Positions 1 to 10,007 of a stretch of 64,000 bases of DNA are shown one piece after another; the first letter of the stretch is position 1; every line of letters begins with the position of its first letter. The position numbers and the translations under genes were made by a program. The notes under the pieces were generated by a model. The model saw only the letters and a program-made list of their open reading frames with translations, made no database searches and had not been told where the DNA came from. This DNA is from Gnetum montanum (Eukaryota; Plantae; Gnetophyta): contig MNCI01002105.1 of NCBI GenBank assembly GCA_015680685.1, positions 381,734 through 445,733 of the forward strand, read 5' to 3'.

Positions 1-532
1 CAAATAAGCGGCTGACGGGTACAGGAAGAACTAACCTCAGCGGTCCCCTCAGGGAGAACTGTCTTCATGGGAACGTCCAACAGTACCATCCTAGTATCGC
101 TACCTTCATCTAAGCCAAAAACACGAAAATAAATAAGGAAAATAAAGAAAAAGTAGGAGCCACAATTAATATAATAAAAACCAACTAAAAACAAAGACAT
201 ACCCTGATCCTTGTCACCTTCTGGGGGATCGCCCAAATCCAAGTCACCCTTGAGGAAGCTACTGAACATTTGGTTGATAGCGTCCTGGTCGTCTAAGGGT
301 GCAGTTTCAATAGTCTTCTCCGTTAATGGCTCCGTTCCCCCACCTTGGCTCTTCTCTAATCTTTCCTCCTCATTATTTTTCTTTGTATGCGTCTCCTCCT
401 CCTCTGTGATGGTCTCCAAGGCCTGTTTCCTCATTGCCCCAAACCAAAAATAGCAACAACACATAAGCAATTGCAGTAAGGGTTATAAATAAACGAAAGT
501 GATAGAATAACAAGTAGACGCGCTTTGCTTAC

Positions 533-1572
533 CAAGTATCTTGAAGCGTATCCGCTTCACGCGTGGCTAGTTTATCTCGGTGCCCTCCTCTGTGGTATGT
601 TCAGGTCCTTTCAACCTTGACTTGGCTTTGCCAATGGTTTCTTTAATAACCCGCTCAGCCCGTCTGGCGGTTAAAGGTACATCCGCTGGCTCCACCCCTA
701 GACTGTCCCGTGTGTGGATGGAACCGCCAGACAATCCTCCTGTGGTAACAGACACGGACTCATCGATACCTTTTGGAGCATCCTGCGACTTGGCGGTCGT
801 GTACAAGTGTTTGACCCACGGGCGGGATAGTTGACCCTGATCCTGTAGGACAAACTTGTTGTCCGCACGCACCACAAGAAACTCGGCAAAAAGGTGAAGA
901 TAGCCGGCAAGGAAGGAAAAAGTGAAGTGCGATTGTGCTTCGATGTTTGAGCGCAACCGCACTATCTCTTTATGTAGACCTGCTAACAAAAATTGAGCCC
1001 AGTTGTACCGCAAGCCAGTTTCCAAAATAGTCTGCATGATGCGTACCGCCTCCACCCCAAAACTCCACACCTGAGAAAGGGTTTTGGAAAACACCCGTGC
1101 TCAAAATAGGGGATACAGTTCATTCACCTCAACAACCTTTGCCTTCCCCTGCATTGGGAACCCCTTGGTGCTTTTCGTCACACCAAGCCAAGACTCCAGT
1201 TCATGGATCGTCTGGAGCTATTTGTGAGACCTATCCAACACTATGGGTAGGCCATCTGCCGGCATGCCAAATAAGTTAGAAAAGAATACGGACGACAGAT
1301 GAAACACCACCTTGACACCCTTAATCCGGATGCTATACTGAGAGACAGACTCATTGAAAGAGTCCACGATCCCTATCATTTCCCCAATTGAGACATTAGG
1401 GCTGGGCGTCATAAAAAGTTCTAGGAGGCCTACATCATCCAAGCAACGGGTGAGGGTGGGCAGAGCACGCTTACACAACCACTTCTGCCCTTTTGCTACC
1501 TCCCTAACTTCATCGACAAAGTTGTCTCAGTTCGGCTTGTTGTCACGGGATCCCCACCGGAAGGTACATCAA
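533..1572 (-). pseudogene. Exon with plant-mobile-domain / plant transposon protein-like region
   Basis: LDDVGLLELF...IRIKGVKVVFHLS...LFGMPADG and YNWAQFLLAGLH motifs; ORFs 1218-1478 and 567-1094 are in the same frame. Confidence 0.5.
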
Positions 1573-2005
1573 CTGTTAAAGCAAGTTAGAACAACCACAT
1601 CAACCTCCTGACCTCAAAGCAGTTGAACAAATCCACTAACTCATTCAATACATGCTATTACTCACCGTCAGTGACAGATCTGGAAGTGCTGCCAAAGCTA
1701 TGTGAAAAGACTAGCCCCTGATCTGTCCAGTCTTCATGGAGCCACCCACGAGCCTTACATATCATGAAGGCCCTGGAAAACTGGTTATGGAAACGGACCA
1801 TTGAACCCTTCGTCTGAGCCAGTACGGCCCCCCAAAGAGTGGGGCTTATCATAAAGGCCTCCAGAGCGACGTGAGCAAGGGCTATCCCTTCATCCTCGAT
1901 TAGAGTCCCATCTGGGTTGGTCTTTGGCCTGCAAATAAACCCATGTTAAAACAAAAATTAACATCAAACGACGATCGATGAAGCAATAAAGTCAAATGGT
2001 CTTAC

Positions 2006-2455
2006 CTGGTTATCCTGTACACCGTGCCAGGAGGATTCTGGAACAGGGTGTGTGCACGGGCAGCTATAAACAATGTATTGTTGATGTAATCCAACCCTGG
2101 TGGCAGCAACGCCCACAAACGCGTTAACGGGCGGGTCGACTTGGGCCCGTGGGTAGTGCCATCCTCATCAACAAACGGCCCCTCGTCAATGTCTTCCATG
2201 AAGACCACGACAACTTCAGCGGCCCCTGGAAGTATCACATCAACCACACTCCGTGCAGTCACTTCGTCAAAAAATGACCACATAGCCACTTCAAAATTGC
2301 TTAACAAGAAAGCCAGAAATTCGCCAGCACCTTCCCTGAACCAAACTCCCTTACTATCCACGAATAGATTCGGGGGCACATCGCCATCCTCAACGCGGCC
2401 AGCCCATGTCAGAACCCCGACGAGTTCAACCACAATAAGAAAGCGTTTGCTATCC
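2006..2455 (-). CDS. Exon encoding FCP1/SCP (NIF) HAD-phosphatase-like domain, catalytic Asp residues lost
   Basis: KRFLIVVELVGVL ~ KxLLVLDLxGxL; WFREGAGEFLAFLLSNFEVAMWS ~ xxRPxxxEFLxFxxxxFEVxxWS; LTRLW ~ LxKLW; NTLFIAARAHTLFQNPPGT ~ NTLLxDDSPxKxxxNPxxT; motifs colinear. Confidence 0.7.
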
Positions 2456-2539
2456 CTGCAACCGATCGCAATGTCACAAAACGAAAGTTCGCATCATAAA
2501 TCGGCAAAAAAAAATCAAAAATTTAACTATTTACGCCCA

Positions 2540-3610
2540 GCGTATACGCTGTACACAGAGCGTATACGCCAACTCTATAGCGCAAAAAACACAACTTACA
2601 CCCAGCATATACGCTGTGTACAGCGTATACGCCCACGATTTACGCTCATGATTCGCGCTCAGCGTATACGCCGCACACAGTGTACGGTGAACAAACTTAG
2701 CACTTAGAGCGATTCAGAATTAGCACATACGATATACACAGAGCATATACGACGATCTACACTTAGCGCAAAAAACGCGGTCTATCCGACGTATACGCTG
2801 TCTGCAGAACGTATACGTCGACTAATAGTTAGTGTAAAGAACGAAATTTAGCTCAGCGTACACGCTAGCCAACTCAGCGTCTACGCTGACGGCGATCTGT
2901 CTTACGCTGACACCACAACAACTGTATATGCTCAATTTCAAGTTCGTTGTGAACAGTTTACGCCAGAAAGAAAGTGGTATGTCGAAGACAACTGTACGCG
3001 TATGGCGTATACGCCGAACAAACCCTCGGTGTATACGCCGTCGCAAGAAACAGAACTTACGTCGATAACAAACACGCTGACAAACTTTTACGCTAAAACA
3101 ACGCGAAGAAAAAGTATTTACGCCAGGACTGAACACCATCTATGCTGCACAATTACGCCGGCACATACGCTGAAAACCCTCGTAAACCCGCTACGCTCGG
3201 CGTATACGCCAGGATCGTCTACGCTAGAAAGCACAAACAAAAACAGAAGCAGGGATCAAGGCTTACCTCTGGGACGTCACGGACCATGCCGACACCTTTG
3301 GCCTAGGCAGGCCCTGCAGCATGGCCTCCGTCTCCTCGGTGAAGGTTAAATCGGGACCCTTCTGCCCCTGGCCCTTCACTTCCTTATCCTTGCCCATTTG
3401 AGAGCATATACGCTAGCGATCCGCGTTCATGCTGAGCAACTGTACACTGGCGTCAAGAAGTTCAAGCCTCGGCGTCTACGCTGGGTTTAACCTTCGGCGT
3501 CTACGCTCAGGTTCCGGGTTACGCTTACGCTAGGGTATGGTGGTTTACGCTTACACTTTAGCAGTTGTATGCTTATGCTTACGCTCGCTTGGGTTACGCT
3601 CTACGCTGTC
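2540..3610. repeat. Dispersed array of palindromic GCGTATACGC motif (variants GCGTACACGC, GCGTCTACGC) in intron 1 and leader of the antisense gene
   Basis: Many copies, e.g. 2540, 2559, 2622, 2662, 3006, 3200. Confidence 0.9.
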
Positions 3611-3647
3611 GCTTTCAAAATAGAAAACAAATAGACCCCCCCTTCCC

Positions 3648-3655
3648 TTTATATA
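3648..3655 (-). promoter_or_regulatory. Putative TATA box of the antisense gene
   Basis: Minus strand gggcgcTATATAAAggg, ~250 bp upstream of ATG 3397; equivalent TATATAAG at 47183-47190 in element C. Confidence 0.55.
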
Positions 3656-3857
3656 GCGCCCGATGACCCTGACGCTGACGCCACCGCCGCTTACACCGTT
3701 GTTGCCTCGTTTTCGCCTTTTTTGCCTATTTTTCACCAAAATCTGTCCAAAACGATAAAATTTAACGAAAAATTCATTAAAAAACAGTGGTTATTACGTC
3801 CTGGTTCCTCCGCGGACCTCGTTTTACACGTTTAGGCTGGTTTAAACACCCAATGGC

Positions 3858-3952
3858 CCGGTACGGCCTTAAACTGCCATTTCCCCATCCACCCATTAGC
3901 CCGGTATGGCCTTAAACTCCCGCTCACTGCCCGATAAGGCATAAAACTGCCA
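3858..3952 (+). repeat. Hairpin array upstream of pol (3 units)
   Basis: ggta-cggccttaaac-tgcc, ggta-tggccttaaac-tccc, gata-aggcataaaac-tgcc. Confidence 0.65.
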
Positions 3953-4072
3953 TACGTCCAGGTGTGATGATAATCCACCATTATACATGTACACATAGTC
4001 TAAAATCATCAAAAGACACAGAACAATCCCTTTGCTCATGCAACTCTCGGTTTATTGGCAGGGATAAGCTCA

Positions 4073-7000
4073 ATGGACTGCCAGCACTTAACCGCACCGT
4101 TAACCATCGACGGACCATACGGCACCATTACATGGGATTTTGACATAAACTTCATCAACTCAAGTCCACTAATGGAAGACACGGTCATAGCCTCAACATA
4201 GCAAGCAACAGACGACTACGGAGGCATGACGAAATTTCTTGACATAGAGGCCGAAAACATCACTGAAGATCCGTTAGCTAAAACACCCATTACCATGCCC
4301 GATGGGGAAATCAAAATATTAAAATTAAGTGCACTACTACAACTGCACTTGGCCCAAGACATTTAGCATGTACTTAGGGAAAACATGAAAGCATTCGCTT
4401 GGTCTTACACGGACATGCCTGGGCTAGATCCTAGAATTGTCCAACACAACATTATTTTGGACCCCAAACTGAGACCAATAAAACAAAAAGCACGAAAACT
4501 TAGACCCAACGTGGCATTGGTCGTCCGCAATGAGATCACCAAGCTTTATCAAGCTGGTTTCATTCGGGTTGTTGATTACGCCGAATGGGTATCCAACATG
4601 GTCATCGTCTCGAAGAAAAACGGAAGCATTCGCTTATGCATCGACTTCCGAGATCTAAACATAGCAACCATAAAAGATGACTTTCCCCTGCCCAACATCG
4701 ATCAACTCGTTGACTCGACTACCAGGCATGCCTTGCTATCTTTTATGGATGGTTTTTCGGGATACAACCAAATACGCATCAACCCTGAACATTAACTTCG
4801 AACAACCTTCATGACCCCATGGGGAACTTTTTGTTACACGATGATGCCCTTTGTTCTCAAGAACGCTGGGGCCACTTATCAAAGAGCCATGACGTTTATC
4901 TTTAGCGATTATATGTTACGATCGCTCAATGACTATGTAGATGACATCGTGGTCAAGTCAAAAACAACCGAGCAACATGTACAAGACCTCGACCTAGTCT
5001 TAAAACGTTGTCTAAAATATGAGCTGAGGCTTAACCCCAAAAAATATGTCTTCGGTGTCAAAATAGGCAAGATGCTCAGATTCATAGCCTCTGAAGCAGG
5101 GATACGAGTGGACCCCAATAAGGTCAAGGCCATTACCAACCTGAAACCACCCAGTAACCTTACTGAACTTCGAGGTCTACAAGGTAGATTGCACTTCATC
5201 AGGCGCTTCGTAGAAAATTTAACAGACAAACTAAAACCTATGAACCACCTATTGCGTAAAAATGTCCATTTTGAATGGACTCCGCAGTGCCAGGAAGCCT
5301 TCGAAAACATCAAAACAGCACTTGCCCGACTGCCTACGGTCTACTCACCCCAAAACAACAAACCGTTTTACATCTACCTTGTTACTTCAGAATCATCCAT
5401 CGTGTCTATGCTCTGCCAGAAACGCGATGACGGAACTGAAGTCCCTGTATACTACTTGAGCCATGCCTTAGTTGCCCATGAAAAGAAGTACAACGACGTG
5501 GAGAGGTCATGCTTAGCTTTGGTCTTTTCTCTAAGAAAATGGCGACACTACCTCTTCCATAGTCAAATTTACATAATCTGTAAGGACAATATACTGAGAG
5601 CTATAATAGGAAACATATACGAAACGAGTCGAATAGCCCAATGGAAAGCCATGATAGCTGAGTTCGACCTGTACTACGTAGCACAATCATCAGTCAAAGG
5701 TCAAGCTCTAACGAATCAAATGGCTGCATCACCAATGCATGACCAAGCAACCATAGAGCCTGAATTCCCGGATGAAAGTATAAGCACAATAGACACGGAG
5801 CCTGATGACTACGATGCCATTTTAAACTTCGATGGAGCATCCACCTCTCGAGGAGGAAGTGCGGCCGCTGTCATCACTTATCCCTCCGGGGAGATCCGAC
5901 CCTTTGCCTATCGCTTCAATTTTCACTGTACTAACAACATAGCAGAGTACGAAGGTCTCCTCAGAGGTCTCGCAACAGCACTGGCTTCAGATATCACACA
6001 GCTCATAGTTAGAGGGGATTCACAATTGGTTGTAAACCAAGTTACAGACATTTACACATGCAAAGCCCAACATTTACAACCATACTGTGACTTGGCGAAA
6101 CATTTAATGAAACGATTCAAAAACATTGATGTGCAACACGTCTCTCGAAACGATAACACCATCGCAGACGCGTTAGCCACACTAGCGTTACATATATCGC
6201 CCGACATGTTCCATGCCTTGCCAAGCTCCGTAATCAGGTGCGATGAACCAATAACCTTCGAAACATTGCCGATCGCATCTGTTAGTACAACACNNNNNNN
6301 NNNNNNNNNNNNNNNNNNNNNNNNNNNNNNNNNNNNNNNNNNNNNNNNNNNNNNNNNNNNNNNNNNNNNNNNNNNNNNNNNNNNNNNNNNNNNNNNNNNN
6401 NNNNNNNNNNNNNNNNNNNNNNNNNNNNNNNNNNNNNNNNNNNNNNNNNNNNNNNNNNNNNNNNNNNNNNNNNNNNNNNNNNNNNNNNNNNNNNNNNNNN
6501 NNNNNNNNNNNNNNNNNNNNNNNNNNNNNNNNNNNNNNNNNNNNNNNNNNNNNNNNNNNNNNNNNNNNNNNNNNNNNNNNNNNNNNNNNNNNNNNNNNNN
6601 NNNNNNNNNNNNNNNNNNNNNNNNNNNNNNNNNNNNNNNNNNNNNNNNNNNNNNNNNNNNNNNNNNNNNNNNNNNNNNNNNNNNNNNNNNNNNNNNNNNN
6701 NNNNNNNNNNNNNNNNNNNNNNNNNNNNNNNNNNNNNNNNNNNNNNNNNNNNNNNNNNNNNNNNNNNNNNNNNNNNNNNNNNNNNNNNNNNNNNNNNNNN
6801 NNNNNNNNNNNNNNNNNNNNNNNNNNNNNNNNNNNNNNNNNNNNNNNNNNNNNNNNNNNNNNNNNNNNNNNNNNNNNNNNNNNNNNNNNNNNNNNNNNNN
6901 NNNNNNNNNNNNNNNNNNNNNNNNNNNNNNNNNNNNNNNNNNNNNNNNNNNNNNNNNNNNNNNNNNNNNNNNNNNNNNNNNNNNNNNNNNNNNNNNNNNN

Positions 7001-7431
7001 NNNNNNNNNNNNNNNNNNNNNNNNNNNNNNNNNNNNNNNNNNNNNNNNNNNNNNNNNNNNNNNNNNNNNNNNNNNNNNNNNNNNNNNNNNNNNNNNNNNN
7101 NNNNNNNNNNNNNNNNNNNNNNNNNNNNNNNNNNNNNNNNNNNNNNNNNNNNACGGAAGAAGAACGTGTACATGTGCTTGATCAGATCGAATGGTACCAA
7201 AAGCAACAACGACAGCGACATCGACACAACATCAACAGACGCCCAATCCACAAAGGCGATCTCGTACTCAAAGTTGTTCGGGAACACCCGGACAAATTCT
7301 CAGCCAACTGGGAAGGGCCTTACGTGGTCATCAAAGCATTCAACAATGGTGCATTCAAGTTAGCTGACACAGAAGGGAACGAGCTCGCCAATCCGATAAA
7401 TCATTTGTACCTAAAACCGTTTTATGTCTGA
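4073..7431 (+). pseudogene. pol: pol: RT, RNase H, additional archaeal-type RNase H, integrase (partly in N gap)
   Basis: RLCIDFRDLN, FMDGFSGYNQI, YVDD, FDGAS...TNNIAEYEGL...GDSQLVV...NTIADALA, C-terminal NWEGPY...LKPFYV; a few premature stops (e.g. 4199, 4793). Confidence 0.95.
6294..7152. other. Assembly gap (N run)
   Basis: Run of n. Confidence 0.99.
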
Positions 7432-7454
7432 ACACAAACTCAGGTACGCAAAAA

Positions 7455-7790
7455 GTCCTGGAATTACGACTATAAACTGATACCACAGAAAAGTCCTGGA
7501 ATCACGACTATAAACTGATACCACAGAAAAGTCCTAGATTATGACTTAAAACTAATACCACTGTGTCCGCAATGACAATAAGCTACCATCCGTCCGGCAT
7601 GACAGTAAACTGCCGCTGTCACAACCATCAGGGTCAGCCAAGACTATAAACTAGCTTGCCTCTTCATAGTCCGCTAAGACTAAAAACTGGCAACGTACCA
7701 TCCGCCACGATGCTAAACAGGTAATGTCCAACTGGTTATGACATAAAACTAACCCACGACAGTCTGCCAAGACTATAAACTGGCAAGTTC
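7455..7790 (+). repeat. Hairpin array downstream of pol (about 10-11 units, variable spacers)
   Basis: atca-cgactataaac-tgat, cggca-tgacagtaaac-tgccg, ggtta-tgacataaaac-taacc, tgcca-agactataaac-tggca. Confidence 0.85.
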
Positions 7791-8840
7791 ACATCCGGCA
7801 CCTCACTCCGCCACCATGCTCATTCATCGCTCGCTTCATTGCACCACTTGCTATCAGCTGTCATCTTCAGTACTGCTTTCATCTGCATACAGTACCTACC
7901 GCTCTCCAGCACCTCTGTGCCATCAGCCGCCATGNAGTAGGTACTGTATGCAGATGAAAGCAGTACTGAAGATGACAGCTGATAGCAAGTGGTGCAATGA
8001 AGCGAGCGATGAATGAGCATGGTGGCGGAGTTAGGTGCCGGATGTGAACTTGCCAGTTTATAGTCTTGGCAGACTGTCGTGGGTNTAGCGTACCTGCGAA
8101 CATTCACTAGTACATCCCCATTCATTCCCATTCACTAGTACATCCCCATTCATTCCCATTCATTCCCCAGTTTCCATTCAACTACCCCCTTGACACACCC
8201 AGTGCATTCAAAACATTGAGCACGCTGTGATACACCACACAGTACAACACCTATGCGCAAGTACACAAATAGAGCAAAGTTTACAAAAAAAAAGAAAAAA
8301 AAAGAGACCCCGGGTAAAAGCCATGCAAGCCCCAGGCGTGAAGGCAGTCGTCTCAAAACCAAGTACTCATGCCCAAAATGGTCAAAAAGCATCCAGTTGC
8401 ATGGCTTTGGCTCCCCGCCAACAGGTTCCCCTAAACACTAAACATGGGCCCTGTTCTTCCAAAACATGTAACACATCCTCCCGTCACTTTGGCCCCGCCA
8501 ACAGGATTCCCTTGAAAGCTAACCGAGGGCCCTATTTCGCCAAAGGACACACATTGCATGCCTGAAATCCGCGTCTGCCAAAATAATGGTTATTGGCAAG
8601 GATCAGAATGCCTCACATCAGAGCATCCCCTTTCCCCTGCTTAATCTCCTCAACCGATCATCAGTCCCCACAATCTCCCTGACCTCCTAGATACAAAATT
8701 TCCCTTTCCCAATCCCCTGTACTACTAAACATAGTGTGATGACGTCTCGTCCAAGTGGCAGCAAACAACGTCTCTATCGAGTTGCTTGTGGTGTTTTGCG
8801 CTTCTTTGTCGACGCTTCTCGGGACAATTCCTCCAAGCGT

Positions 8841-8857
8841 CAACAAAGAGGGGCCAA
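8841..8857 (+). other. Polypurine tract of element A
   Basis: caacaaagaggggccaa directly before TG; same tract on the minus strand at 51171-51187. Confidence 0.85.
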
Positions 8858-10007
8858 TGAAACACCACAAAATTCGGCGCCCAGTACTTGTCCGACACCA
8901 AACAGGACCCTGGAACTCACGAACGACACCGGCTGCATGATCGCAACACTTAGTTTTTGCTAAGTACATGGTGCCAACGTATACACTCCAGCGTATACGC
9001 CAAGATCACACATACAGCGTATACGCCCAGCATTCCAGCGTATACGCCCGGCTCTCCGGCGTACACGCCCAGGCACTGCAGATGCACATGCTCGACGACA
9101 AGATCTCCAATGACAACATGAAGATAACACCGAAGAGCAAGGATTGAAGCAAGTGGCATCCTTCAGCGTATACGCCCGGCATGTACGCCCAGCATCTATC
9201 AGCGTATACGCCCAGCGTGTACGCCCAACATTCACTAGCGTATACGCCCAGCGCTCAGCATCTCCACCCAGTTCATGCCCAGCATTTTCAGCGTATACGC
9301 TGACCTAATGCAGCGTATACGCCCAGCAGTTGTAACATTTTGTATATTTGTAAATTATATGCACCCGTCCAACGCGCCACATGTCTCCCATCCCGAGTCT
9401 AGCGTAACAACCGGTATAAACCCCCCATTTTTCCACTTCATTAGGGGGGTTGGCAAAAATCCCAGAGCACACCAGAGAACATTTACGCTACGCAAAAGAG
9501 CAAAAAACTTTCTTACGCCGGGAAGCCCTGCACGTTGCGGATCTAGTCTCTTACGCTCTGCTCGCCCTGCAAACCGACCGAGTCATCCCTATGTACGCCA
9601 GGGCTTTTCGTCCACCTTGTGTCCCCTCACGACTGCGTTAGACCAGTGTATTGTACTTTAACTCTGTACTGTTTACATTTACTGCAAGTTCTTTTACAGT
9701 TTTATGTTAATTTGGCCCATGCCTCATTTACGTCTGTTTACGCTCGCGCTTCATTTGCATCCGTTTACGTTTCACGCTGTTTTTGCTGTTTACGCCTGCA
9801 CACCGTTTACGCATAACCTAGCGTATAGCATTTTGCGTACGCACAGGGAAATCCTTGTCTGATCCGCGTGCGGACCACCCAAGGTACTCTGCCTCTGTTG
9901 CATTCCAACTCGCCCTCAGGCGAAGGCAGTGTCTTCTGTACCCGTCCCGCGATCCCACGGCCTCTGTTTTCCCTTCCAGCCAGAGATCGACGATTTCAAG
10001 CGGTACA
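8858..10007 (+). repeat. 3' LTR of element A, containing a GCGTATACGC array (8978-9325) and TATA-like ggtataaac (~9413)
   Basis: TGAAACACCAC start shared with LTRs of D and E; ends ...GGTACA, after which unrelated gag sequence begins. Confidence 0.75.

Larger units (their letters stand above)
1..3397 (-). pseudogene. Antisense spliced gene in element A. Exons ~3397-3267, 2455-2006, 1928-1666, 1572-533, ~439-203, 109-<1. FCP1-like pseudophosphatase + PMD-like region + acidic/basic tail
   Basis: ATG 3397; donors GTAAGC 3266, GTAAG 2005, GTGAGT 1665, GTAAGC 532, GTATGT 202; acceptors TGCAG 2456, TGCAG 1929, AACAG 1573, CTTAG 110. Exons 1-3 splice in frame. Exon 4 needs one frameshift and has four TAG/TGA stops explicable by single transitions. 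Exon 5 acceptor is non-canonical or mutated. Confidence 0.8.
1..10007 (+). mobile_element. Element A: Ty3/gypsy Tat-type LTR retrotransposon, 3' part (antisense gene, pol, 3' UTR, PPT, 3' LTR); gag/PR and 5' LTR lie outside the window
   Basis: RT-RH-aRH-IN pol at 4073-7431; PPT caacaaagaggggccaa at 8841-8857 followed by TGAAACACC...GGTACA LTR; retains many CpGs, so least decayed copy. Confidence 0.9.

Noticed and set aside
2141-2707. 188-aa Ser/Thr-rich plus-strand ORF
   Set aside because: Shadow of the minus-strand exon and the motif repeats
5820-6200. Second RNase H domain as a novelty
   Set aside because: The additional archaeal-type RNase H is an established hallmark of Tat-clade elements
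6052-7287. 411-aa ORF and the ORFs at 11288-11980
   Set aside because: Composed mostly of N-gap translation
7455-7790. CRISPR-like repeat-spacer appearance of the arrays
   Set aside because: Eukaryotic retroelement context, degenerate repeats, very short spacers, no cas genes
7755-8085. Near-perfect ~330 bp palindrome (possible hairpin or miRNA precursor)
   Set aside because: Single n at the centre (7935) and at the end (8085); typical inverted contig-join artefact
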